Below, in pieces: positions 34,885-47,100 of a stretch of DNA of 64,000 nucleotides. The notes beneath the pieces were generated by a model. It ran no database searches. It was not told where the DNA came from and saw nothing but the letters and a program-made list of their open reading frames with translations. The translations under genes and the position numbers were made by a program. Numbering within the stretch: position 1 is the stretch's first letter; every line of letters begins with the position of its first letter. The DNA comes from the human T2T-CHM13v2.0 reference genome, Homo sapiens: assembly GCF_009914755.1 (NCBI RefSeq), contig NC_060947.1, one strand, 5' to 3'.

Positions 34885-35395
34885 TATCGAAGGAACACCT
34901 ACACTCCGTGTTTATTGCAACACTATTCACAATAGCCAAGATGTGGAATCAATCCAAGTGTCCATCAATGAATAAATGGATAAAGAAAATGTGGTACAGA
35001 TACACAATGAAATACTATTCGTGCATAGAAAAAAAAAATCCTGTCTTTTGCAGCAACATGGTTGAAACTGAAGGTTATTATGTTAAATGAAATAAGCCAA
35101 GCACAGAAAGATAAAGTTCTCATTCATGTGTCGGAGCTAAAAATGTTTATCTCATGGAGATAGAGAATAGAATGACAGTTAATAGAGGTTCAGAATTGTC
35201 ATGGCAAGGGGGCTGAGATTGAAGAGAGGTTAGTTAATGGGTCCAAACCTACAGTTAGATAGAAGGAATCAGTTCTGGTGTTCAATAGCACAGTAGGGTG
35301 ACTATATTTAAAAACAATGTATTGTAGTTTTAAAAATAGCTAGAAGAGAGAACTTAAAATATACCAACACATAAACATGATAAATTGGGTGATGT
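34885..35395 (+). mobile_element. L1MA 3' UTR fragment
   Basis: tgtttattgcaacactattcacaatagccaagatgtggaatcaa...gttagatagaaggaatcagttctggtgttc. Confidence 0.85.
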
Positions 35396-36578
35396 GAGCT
35401 CTGTAATTTTGTTCTTTTACTTCAATATTATGTTGGTTATTCTAACTGTTTGCTTTTTCATGTAAACTCTAGAGTATTTTGATGTCTAAAAAATAACTTC
35501 CTGGAATTTTGATTGGAATTTCATTGAATCTATGAAGAAATTTGGGAGCAGATGACATACTAACAACATTGGGACTCCTAAATCATGAAAATGGAATAGC
35601 TCATCATTTTTAAAAATCTCTTTTCAGTGGTTTTTTATGAGTGTGTTTTTTTTTGTTTCCCACATAATAATATAATTTGGACAGAATATAAGAGTTTCCA
35701 TTTTTTTCCACATAGTCAGGTGCATGTGTTTTTCTTTGATAATAGACATTCGTTGTTGTTTTGAATTGAATTTCCCTGATAACTAGTGATGTTGAGTGTT
35801 TTTTCATATTTTTTTTCATATACCATTGGCCATTTGGATGTCTTCTTTCAAGAAATATTTACTCGGATTCTTTACCTATTTTTCAATTGTATTATTTGGT
35901 TTGTTGCTGTTGAAATGTGTGGGTATTTTATGTATACTCTTTATTAATCCCTTGTCAAATGGATAGTTTGAAAATATTTTCTCCCATTTTGAAGATTGTC
36001 TCTTCACTCTGCTGATTATTTTCTTTGCTATGTAGAAGGGTTTTAGTTTGGTGTAATTCCATTTGTCTATTTTTGTCCTGGTTGTCTGTGCTTCTGCAGT
36101 CTTATCCATAAAAGCTTTGCCAAGACATTTTTCCTGAAGCATTTCTTCTCTGCTTTCTTGTAGTAGTTTTCTAGTTTGAATCTTACATTTAAGTTTTTAA
36201 TCCAGTTTGAGTTGATTTTTGTATATGATGAGAGATAGGTTGTGTAGTTTCATTTTTCTTCATATATATATATATTCAGTTTTCCCAGCACAAGTTATTG
36301 AAGAGGCTATCTTTTCCCTAATGAATTTCTTGGTGCCTTTGCCAAAAACTATTTGGGTGTAAACAAGTATATTCTCTTATTTCTTCTATGGGTTTTGTTT
36401 TAGACAGTTTTTACTTCTATTTTACTATTGACGGAGAGTTTTGCTGTGTATAAATTTCTAGGCTTGTGTTTTCTTTTTCTTTCAACACTTTAAATATTAC
36501 ATTTTACTCTATTCTTGCTTGCATGATTTCTGACAAAAGGTCCTCTGTAATTCTTATCCCTGTGTCACTATAAGCAAA

Positions 36579-36580
<2 letters not shown>
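35395..36580 (-). mobile_element. Antisense L1M fragments (ORF2 3' and ORF1)
   Basis: ORF 35876-36142 (KIDKWNYTKLKPF...RVKRQSSKWEKIF) and ORF1-like IRITEDLLSEIMQARIE. Confidence 0.8.

Positions 36581-36629
<49 letters not shown>
36580..36629. repeat. (TC)n microsatellite
   Basis: ~50 bp TC run. Confidence 0.95.
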
Positions 36630-37029
36630 ATTCCTCTTCTGGGATTTTTTTTCCTTTTGTTTTCTCTTTGATTTTCTACGAAAAGAGTCTAAATAGAAGG
36701 CTGTTGCTGTAGTCCAGGAGTGAGAAAGCATGGGCCTGACCTGGAATAACATTAGAGAAAAAGGGAAGGAGGCAGAAGTGGCAAAATATATTACCACTGC
36801 TTGTATCTGACCAGGAGAACAGAAAAAAAGCTCTCAAATGATGTTAAAACTTGGACCTGGGAAAATTATCAACCTGTCAGATCACGAAAGTTTCACCATA
36901 AAATAGGTCTTCACTGAAGGCCTGTGTTATTCAGGAAAAAGATGGCTTCAGTTTGAGACACAATGTCTGGGATGCATGGCAGGTCATCTGCAATCTCTAT
37001 TGCTATGTCCTCTCTCTGGTAACTGAACC

Positions 37030-37225
37030 TACAGTGTAGAGTAATATGGTTACAGACACGGGACCTTTACTCAAAATACACCAGTTTGAATCCTAGCTCA
37101 ACAGTTTACCAGCTCTGTGATCTTGGGCAAGTCGGCCAGTCTCTCTGTGCCTCAGTTTCTGTATCTATAAAACTGAGAAAATAATTGCATATATTTCATA
37201 TGGCTGTTGTGAGGATTAGATGTGT
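37030..37225 (+). mobile_element. MIR SINE
   Basis: gtttgaatcctagctc...tgtgatcttgggcaagtc...ctctgtgcctcagtttct...tgtgaggattaga. Confidence 0.8.
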
Positions 37226-37988
37226 ACGCACACACACATTTATGCAAACATATATAAATGCATCTCTAAAAATTAATATATATACATGTATAACTACATT
37301 TATATATTATACATAAAAATGTATATTTAATGTGATATATATTTATTATCTTTATATGTAACTATGTATAACATATGTTATATATTAAATTTTTATATAT
37401 ACATGCATACATACATGCAACATTGTATTCTCATACAAAACCTCAGAGAGTTCCATGTTTATAGGATGTGGTACTATATTCATAAGTTCTATATTAATAT
37501 AATGTATATATATATATTTAAACAGGATCTGGGATATTTTGAGTTTTTCCTTTTATTCATTATTATTGTCTCACACAGCTTCAACTACACTGTTTCTATT
37601 TTGAGATTCATAAGTAGGACAGGGAGAAAGAAAACGTCTCATTGAATAGGAGGGAAAGAGTATTAAGGAAGGGGAAGGAACCAGCTGAGAAGAGCAGTAC
37701 AAAATAATGCAGACAATCCCAGGAAAGTGAAAAGACAGTGAACGATGTTGAACTTGGAAGTTATAAAGTTTTCAGAGACTTCAGTAGAGCAATATAAGTA
37801 GAGTAATGCGGATAGATAGAAGTCACATTTCAAAAGGGTCAGGAGGAGGTCTGCATCAGAAAATTAGTGAAAAGAAAGCACGGTTTTTCTTTTCATGGAT
37901 TTTATCCTGAGAGTGTGGATTAATCCAAGGAAATTTTTTATTATTTTGAAAAATAGATGGTTGAGAATTATTTTAAGAAGAGCCAAAG

Positions 37989-38410
<422 letters not shown>

Positions 38411-38791
38411 CTAGAATCTGAGAGTGAGGTGGACTAGGACTTCAGAAGAATGACGGAGATTTGGCAACTGCAACTGAGGAAAGAAGAGAAATACTCAAAG
38501 AGATCAAATTAAAGACTAGTTAAGAGACAGAACGGTGGTCTAAACGGTTTAAGCACAAACACCAAAATGACCCATGGGAATGGAATGCATCTTCTTGAAA
38601 ACAGTGCTTTGGGCAAGTATCGATTTAATGCCCAGTTTTTCATATATTGGTTTGACAAGGTCGCATTGCTTTCTGTTTTTAAAATATGCTGGTGAAAGTC
38701 ATAGAATATCAGTTATAAGCAAACAGACTACTAGGGTTTACTCTTTCTAGTTGAAGGCCATGTATCATCCTAGTGAAAAGGATAACTCTAG

Positions 38792-39281
38792 AGCATGAGT
38801 TTTTATCCTGGGATCTGTGGATGGAATTCAAAGAGGTCCTTAACTGGGGTGAGGAAAAGGGCATACATCTTTGTTTTATTAACATTTACTTGAAGTTCAG
38901 CATTTCCTTCCAATATGAATATAGGCAACTAAGCAATCATATTAGCAAATGTGTGATTTTTGTCTTCAGTAGAAATTATAGGCATTTTCATATAGCTGTA
39001 CTGGTATTACAGATATCTCAAAATATTATTCACTTTCATTGTTACTTTGGAAGTGCAGTAGTTATTTGATCTGTCCCTAGATCTTGTTATTTAAAACATT
39101 ACTAAAGAAGCACATGTTACTATATCCTACATTTATTTTTAAATAACTAAAATAAAATATAAATATTATTTTTCCTTTGGAATCTGATGTATTTTATTTT
39201 ATATACTTACAAGTATTATTCTTAGAAGGGTTCATAGGCTATACCAGATCTTCACAGTTAAGAAAAGGACAAGAAGCACTG
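38792..39281. mobile_element. Non-autonomous hAT-Charlie DNA transposon (Charlie4a-like)
   Basis: cctgggatctgtggatggaattc...ctagatcttgttattt...gaagggttcataggct resembles the recalled Charlie consensus. Confidence 0.6.
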
Positions 39282-39522
39282 AATCTACTGTTCATAGAGA
39301 CTTGGCTGGCAATCCTGACTTCCTATTCCTAAGTGTGTAAAGTTAGGGAAGTTATTTAATCTCTTTTTATCTCATTTTCGTCATATTTTCAAGAGATGAA
39401 ATTGTCATAAATGTACTTCTTCTCAGATTTGTTCCTAAGCTTACATAGCAGTCTGTATATTAAGTGTCTCTCACATAGAAAATACTCAAGGGTGGCTGCT
39501 TTTTTTTCTTTATTACTTATCC

Positions 39523-39727
39523 CATGGGTGTACAATCTCTTTGTTTGCTCCCCTGAGCCACGTTGTGTCTTGGGCCACACATATAATACACTAACATTAA
39601 CAATAGCTGATGAGCTAAAAAAATAAACTGCAAAAAACCTCATAAAGTTTTAAGAAAGCTTACAAATTTTTGTTGGGCCACATTCAAAGCTGTCCTGGGC
39701 CTCATACATCCCAGTTGGGTAAGCTTG
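39523..39727 (+). mobile_element. MER30 hAT element
   Basis: gtcttgggccacac...gctgatgagctaaaaaa...tgttgggccacattcaaagctgtcctgggcc; 8-bp TSD acttatcc/acttatgc. Confidence 0.85.
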
Positions 39728-40034
39728 ACTTATGCTATACGAGTGGTTCTCAAATGTTGTTTCGCAGACCACTAGCTGGCTTCGGGCTTATGTGGGGGGT
39801 CCATTTAACCTATGGGTTAGTCTCTTGCAGTCCTAAATTCCTGAATCAGAATATGATTTTAAAGTTGTTACTTACCCTTTCTCAAAGCCATGGTGGTGGC
39901 TAAATTTCCTCTTTTTAAAAAGGGTCTGAAGAACATTGCTTTATTATCACTTCTACTGAGACGGTAGACGGTCTAACATTGCATACAGTTCAGCTCAGTG
40001 ATGCAGTGATTTATTTCATTTTTTTACATCTCAA

Positions 40035-40656
40035 TTATATGTATAGATTATATATATATATTCATATGGAGTTATATGTCCAAATATTGTATTTCAGTGA
40101 CCTTCTGTGTGTGTGTATATATACATATACATATATACATACCTATATGTACATATATACATACCTATATATGTATAAACATATATACTCACTCTATGCA
40201 TTTTTCACTCCAATATTTCTATTCTATTCTTTTTTATTTAAAATTTTTTTAAGACAGATACTTAACCACTAAAATAGTTTGAAATTATTATTATTATAGT
40301 CTCTGGAGTCTTACTGCTTGAAACAACCAAATCTTTCTTGACGTTCTGGTATTACCCAATGGCTACTGGCATCTGAGTCTCAGATTCTGTCTTTATCTTT
40401 GAAATCAATCAGGGGAAGAAATAAGAAAACTTTCCTCCTACCTATCCTGTCTCATGCTTTCTTCTGTAGTGTAAGTACTCTCACTAACTTTATTGCAGCA
40501 TCTCACTTCTCCCACCACAAACACAAGTTCAACACAGTGTCCAGTTTCTTGGAGGAGTTTCTCATGCTTTATTGTTTTGATTTTGCTGTACATATACACA
40601 CACACATGCACACACGTGTGTGTGTATATATATAGATATGTATACATACACACATG

Positions 40657-40688
<32 letters not shown>

Positions 40689-40695
40689 CACATAA
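40035..40695. repeat. TA/CA-rich simple repeats (40035-40190 and 40590-40695)
   Basis: (TA)n, (TATACA)n and (CA)n/(TG)n runs. Confidence 0.85.
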
Positions 40696-40899
40696 TAAAT
40701 TTCTCCCTTCTACAGTTCTCCAGGGTTGATTTTAGGAGCAGAAGACCACAGCCTGAACTTGATTATCATCTTGGCAGCTACAGGTAAGATACTAAATTTA
40801 TAAAGAATTTAAGGTTAATTGATATTGTGATAATATTCTGTTCCCAATCAATATATAGGCTTAGTGATTGCCTTGAGGATGATAATTGAAATGTAAATT

Positions 40900-42954
40900 T
40901 ATAATAATCTAGTTGGATTAATACCAACTTAACTGTAATAGTATGCAAAATTTTTACCCCTGCATAGCTTTATTTCCTCTCCTCCTTCATGAATTTATTG
41001 ACATACAAATTGTATCTTCATATACAGTGTACACATCAATACAGATTTATATTTATTGCTTTATCAAGCTGTCTTTTAATCACATAAGGAATTTTAAAAG
41101 TTGCAAACAAAATCTACATGTATACTGTCTTTTATATTTACCTGTGTTGTTACCTTTACTGGTGTTCTTTGTTTCTTCATGTGGATTTGATTTACTGTAT
41201 AGCGCCATTACATTTCATCCTGAAGGACTCACTTTAATGTTCCTTGTTTGACATATTTGCTAGCAACAAATTCTCTCAGTTTAAAAAAAAATATTTGGGA
41301 ATATTTTTATTTCTACTTCAATGTTGGAGGATACTATGTTGGATATAGTATTCTTAGCTGGTGGCCGTTTTCTTTCAGCATCTTGAACAAGTCATCCCAG
41401 TGCCTTTAGACATCTTTGGTTTCCAAATGAAAATCAGCTGTTAATAATGTTGAAGCCTCCTTTTATGTCCTGAGTTGTTTCTTTGCATGTTATCTATTTG
41501 TCCTTTTACATTATGTTAATGAAATTTCTAGGTGTGGATCTTTTAGGGATTATCTTACTTGTAGTTTTTTGAGCCTCTTTAATGTGAAGATTGATTGTTT
41601 TAACTAAATTTTTAGTGTTTTGGGCCTTTTTTAAAAATACTCTGTTAATTTATCTTTCTTCTTGTGCAACTCCCAGTGTTATGCTGCATGATTGTATCTC
41701 ACTGATCTCTGAGGTTCTGTTTATTTTCTTCACTCTGTTTTCCTTCTCTCCCTCAAACTTTACAATCTCAATTTTCCCATGTTCAAGTTCACAGGCTTTC
41801 TTCTGCTGTTTCTTTTTTCTGAGAGCCTTATGTGAATTTATTTTAATTATTTTGTTTTTCAACTCCAGAATGTCTGATTTTTTTTCTTAAATAGTTTCTA
41901 TCTCTTTTTAAATGTTCTCTGTTTCATGAGTTATTTCTGTCATACTTTCATTTGGGTCTTTAGGGATGGTTTTATTTACTTCTTTGCATATAGATTAAAT
42001 AGCTGGCTCAAAATCATTGTCTAGAACGTCCAACATCTGGGTTTCCTCAGCAACCGTTTCTATAGATTTTTTAACTTTTTTCTTATGTATTGGCCATACT
42101 GTCTGGTTTCTTTTTGTGTCTCATAATTTTTGTTGAAAATGTAGCATTTTAAGTAATAAGATGTCACGAATTTGACAACAAGATTCTACTTTCTCTGCAA
42201 GATTTTTGTTGTTTCTTTATTGACATTTCTGAATTAATTTTGTAAGATTTGTATTCTTTGTTATGTGTAGGTATTGAAGTTTCTGCTCAGTTAGCTTAGT
42301 GATCACCCAATAATTGAAAACAGGTGTTTAAAATGCCTGCAACCAACAAGTCCCCAGTCTTTGATGAGGTACTCAGTGTGCATATTTGGCTGGGACTTCT
42401 CCACTTAGGTAGTTTACAAATCTGCTTTAGCCTTGAATTCCTGCTTGTACTCAGAGACTCATAGTAATAAGATGTGAGAGTTTAGGGTCTTCTTAAGTGT
42501 CTTCTGAGCATGCACACATACACCTATGTACATGTATGGCCTTCTAGATCCCCATAAATACGTTAGTGTTTATCAAACTCCGATGTACATCTTATTCCCC
42601 AGCTATTTCTTTAAACTTTTTGTTTATTGTTTGGCCTAAATTATTTTTCACTGCCTTAGGTCGCTGTGGAGTTAAACAATCACCCATAGAGGTTTCAGAC
42701 AAATGCCCTCAGGGAAAGAACTTTTTCCACTGTGTGAGATCTGATCTCACTGGGTGTGAGATCTTTCAGGGAATCACCACATAGTTCAATTAATGACAAA
42801 CCTCTGGGAATGGATCTTTAAAGTAGCTTCAACCCTGTTCTTTCCCCTCCCACTAGCTTCCAAGCTGCTGGTTTTCACTATGATTTCAGGCTATTGATAT
42901 TTATTTTACTCCGAAGCTGGAGAAGAGGGGTTGAAATAGGACAAGTTACAATGC
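40900..42954 (-). mobile_element. Old L1M ORF1/5' region, with a short continuation at 43448-43600
   Basis: ctagcaacaaattctctcagt...aaatcagctgttaat...tttttcaactccagaat...gtccaacatctgggtttcctc are antisense L1 ORF1 motifs. Confidence 0.7.
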
Positions 42955-43447
42955 TGTTATAAATAAAGTTTCGGTACCACAAAAGAAATAGCACTTGAGG
43001 ATAAAATTTTCTTTTTTTCTTCTCAGCAAGGCAATGTACTTCTATAGAAGGGTGCGCCCTCACAGACGGAGCAATGCTGAGCACACACCTGGGCAAGGGA
43101 GGGGAAGGGGTTCTTATTCCTGATGCACGTGGCCCCTGCTGCTGTGTTGTTCCCCTATTGGTTAGGGTTAGACCGCACAGGCTACACTGATTCTGATTGG
43201 CTAATTTAAAGGCAGTGACGGGGTGAGTGGTTTGGTGGGAAAAATGGTTATTGCAGAGCAGGAAATCAGAATGAGTCAGGGTGGGGAATGAGTCAGGGTG
43301 GAGCAGGTAATCGGAATGAGTCAGAGTGGAGCAGGTGATCGAAAAAGGTTGCTTTACAAGGAATTTAAGTTTAAAAGTAGAAGGCAAAGAATTGAACATG
43401 GGGACATATTGATTCTTTGACGAGAAATTTGGAATTCATATCTATCA
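42955..43447 (-). mobile_element. LTR10 (HERV-I group, LTR10F/A-like) solo LTR
   Basis: Minus strand reads tgatagatatgaattccaaatttc...aaagcaacctttttcgatcacctgctccactctgactcattccg...; internal repeats contain TGACTCA. Confidence 0.8.
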
Positions 43448-44110
43448 GTACCATTAAACTCATCTTCTTACTTAGATTCAGTCATATTCATTTAATAAAC
43501 ACTCCCTGGATTTTTCCAATCCTTTGGTTAATCTATGGAGTTCTGAAAATGTCAATTCTGACCATTTATGTTAGTGTTCTCTTTGCGTTTATTAATGAGA
43601 GTGTTATTGGAAAGGGATCCTGATCCAGACCCCAAGAGATGGTTCTTGGACCTTGTGCAAAAATGAATTCAGGTCAAGTCCGTAGAGTAAAGTAAAAGCA
43701 AGTTTATTAAGAAAGCAAATAAATAAAAAAATGGCTACTCCATATGCTGAATAGCAAAATGGGCTGATCAACTAAGAATACTTAAAGTTATTTATTGATT
43801 ACATGCTAAACAAGGGGTGGATTATTCATGAGTTTTTTGGGAAAGAGGTGGGCAATTCCCAGAACTGAGGGTTCCTCTCCTTTTTAGACCATATGCGATA
43901 ACTTTCTGACGTTGGCATGGCATTTGTAAACTGTCTTAGCACTGGTGGAAGTGTCTTTTAGCATGCAAATGCATTATAACTCACTTATAATGAGCAGCGA
44001 GGATGACCAGAGGTCACTTTCATTGCCATCTCGGTTTTGGCGGGTTTTGGCTGGCTTCTTTACTGCATCCTGTTTTAATGGCAAGTTCTTTGCGACCTGT
44101 ACCTTGCACT

Positions 44111-47100
44111 TGTCAGGCCTCTGAGCTCAAGCTAAGCCATCACTTAGTATTTAGTGGCTCCTGGTTTTACCTCAAATCGCCACCCTTAAGTCTCTCTTGA
44201 AGTGGATAGAAGATCTTCAGTGGCAAGCACCACCTACCCCTTCTCTCTGTGTCCCTACCCACCCCTTCTCCACTTTCCTGGGGGGCAAACACCTCCCACC
44301 CCTTCTCCACTTTCCTGGGGGGCAAGCATCCCCAACCCCTTCTCTCCATGTCTCTACTCTCTCTTTTCTCTCCACTTTCCTGGGGGGCAAGCACCCCCCA
44401 CCCTTTCTATGTGTCTACCCTTCTCTTTAAACTTGCCTCCTTCACTATGGGCAACTTTCCACCCCCCATTCCCCCTTCTCCCTTAGCCTGTGTTCTCAAG
44501 AACTTAAAACCTCTTCAACTCTTGCCTGACCTAAAACTTAAATGCCTTATTTTCTTCTGCAATACGGCTCGGCCCCAGTACCAACTCGACAGTAGTTCCA
44601 AGTAGCCAGAAAACGGCATTTTCGATTTTTCCACCCTACAAGATCTAAATAATCCTTGTCATAAAATGGGCAAACGGTCTGAGGTGCCTGATGTCCAGGC
44701 ATAGTTTTACACATCGGTCCCTCCCTAGTCTCTGTTCCCAATGCAACTCGTCCCAAATCTTCCTTCTTTCCCTCCCGCCTGTTCCCTCAGTCCCAACCCT
44801 AAGCGTCACTGAGTCTTTCCTCTCGTCTTCCTTTTCTACAGACCCATCTGACCTCTCCCCTTCTCCCCAGGCTGCTCATCGCCAGGCTGTGCTAGGTCTC
44901 AGTTCTTCCTCAGCCTCTGCTCCCCCACCCTATAATCCTTTTATTACCTCCCCTCTACACACCTGCTCCAGCTTACAGTTTCATTCTGCGACTAGCCCTC
45001 CCCCACCTGCCCAGCAATTTCCTCTTAAAAAGGTGGCTGGAGCTAAAGGCATAGTCAAGGTTAATGCTCCTTTTTCTTTATCCGACCTTTCCCAAATCAG
45101 TTAGCGTTTAGGCTCTTTTTCATCAAATATAAAAACCCAGCCCAGTTCATGGCCCGTTTGGCAGCAACCCTGAGACGTTTTACAGCCCTAGACCCTGAAA
45201 GGTCAGAAGGCCGTCTTATTCTCAATATGCATTTTATTTTATTACCCAACCTGCTCCTGACATTAAATAAAGCTCCAAAAATTAAATTCCAGCCCTCAAA
45301 CCCCACAACAGGACTTAATTAACCTTGCCTTCAAGGTGTACAATAATACAGTAGAGGTAGCCAAGTAGCAATGTATTTCTGAGTTGCAGTTCCTTGCTCC
45401 ACTGTGAGACAATCCCCAGCCACATCTCCAGCACACAAGAACTCCAAACGCCTGAACCACAGCTACCAGGGGTTCCTCCAGAACCTCTTCCCCCAGGAGC
45501 TTGCTACAAGTGCCAGAAATCTGGCCACTGGGCTAAGGAATGCCCGCAGCCTGGGCTTCCTCCTAAGCCATGGCCCATCTGTGCAGGAACCCACTGAAAA
45601 TAGGACTGTTCAACTCACCTGGCAACCACTCCCAGAGCCCCTGGAACTCTGGCCCAAGGCTCTCTGACTGACTCCTTCCCAGATCTTCTCAGCTTAGTGG
45701 CTGAAGACTGATGCTGCCTGATAACCTCAGAAGCCTCCTGAACCATCACAGATGCTTTCGGTAACTCTTACAGTGGAAAGTAAGTCCATCCCTTTCTTAA
45801 TCAATACAGAGGCTACCCACTCCACATTACCTTCTTTTCAAGGGCCTGTTTCCCTTGCCTCCATAACTATTGTGGGTATTGACGGCCAGGCTGCTAAACC
45901 TCTTAAAACTCCCCAACTCTGGTGCCAACTTAGACAATATTCTTTTATGCACTCCTTTTTAGTTATCCCCACCTGCCCAGTTCCCTTTTTTGGTTGAGAC
46001 ATTTTAACTAAATTATCTGCTTCCCTAGCTATTCCTGGACTACAGCCACATCTCATTGCCACCCTTCTTCCCAACCCAAAGCCTCCTTCATGTCTTCCTC
46101 TCATATCCCCCCCACCTTAATCCACAAGTATAGGATACCTCTACTCCCTCCTTGGCAACAAATGATGCACCACTTACCCTCTCATTAAAACCTAATCACC
46201 CTTACCCAGCTCAATGCCAATATCCCATCCCACAGCATGCTTTAAAAGGATTAAAGCCTGTTATCACTTGCCTGTTACGGCATGGCCTTTTAAAACCTAT
46301 AAACTCTCCTTACAATTCCCCCATTTTACGTGTCCAAAAACCGGACATGCCTTACAGGTTAGTTCAGGATCTGTGCCTTATCAACCAAATTGTCTTGCCT
46401 ATCCACCCCGTGGTGCCAATATACTCTCCTATCCTCAATACCTCCCTCCACAACCCCTCTATAACCCATTATTCTGTTCTGGATCTCAAACATGCTTTCT
46501 TTACTATTCCTTTGCACCCTTCATCCCAGCCTCTCTTCGCTTTCGCTTGGACTGACCCTGGCACCCATCAGGCTCAGCAAATTACCTGGGCTGTACTGCC
46601 GCAAGGCTTCGCGGACAGCCCCCATTACTTCAGTCAAGCCCAAACTTCTTCTTCATTCATTACCTATCTCAACATAATTCTTCATGAAAACACACATGCT
46701 CTTCCTGCTGATCGTGTCCTGCTAATCTCCCAAACCCCAACCCCTTCTACAAAACAACAACTCCTTTCCTTCCTGGGCATGGTTGGATACTTTCACCTTT
46801 AGATACCTGGTTTTGCCAACCTAACAAAACCGTTATATAAACTCACAAAACCAAACCTAGCTGATCCCATAGATCCTAAATCCTTTTGCCACTCCTCTTT
46901 CTGTTCCTTAAAAACATCCCTAGAAGCTGCCTCCACACTAGCTCTCCCTTACTCAGCCCAACCGTTTTCATCACACACAGCCAAAGTGCAGGGCTGTGTG
47001 GTTGGAGTTCTTACACAAGAGCCAGGACCACGCCCTGTAGGCTTTCTGTCCAAACAACTTGACCTTACTGTTTTAGCCTAGCCCTCACGTCTGCATGCGG

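Noticed and set aside
42878-43399. 173 aa minus-strand ORF
   Set aside because: Almost entirely within LTR10, partly from its internal repeats
44230-44420. Repeated ctccactttcctgggggg units
   Set aside because: Normal feature of the HERV-H leader region
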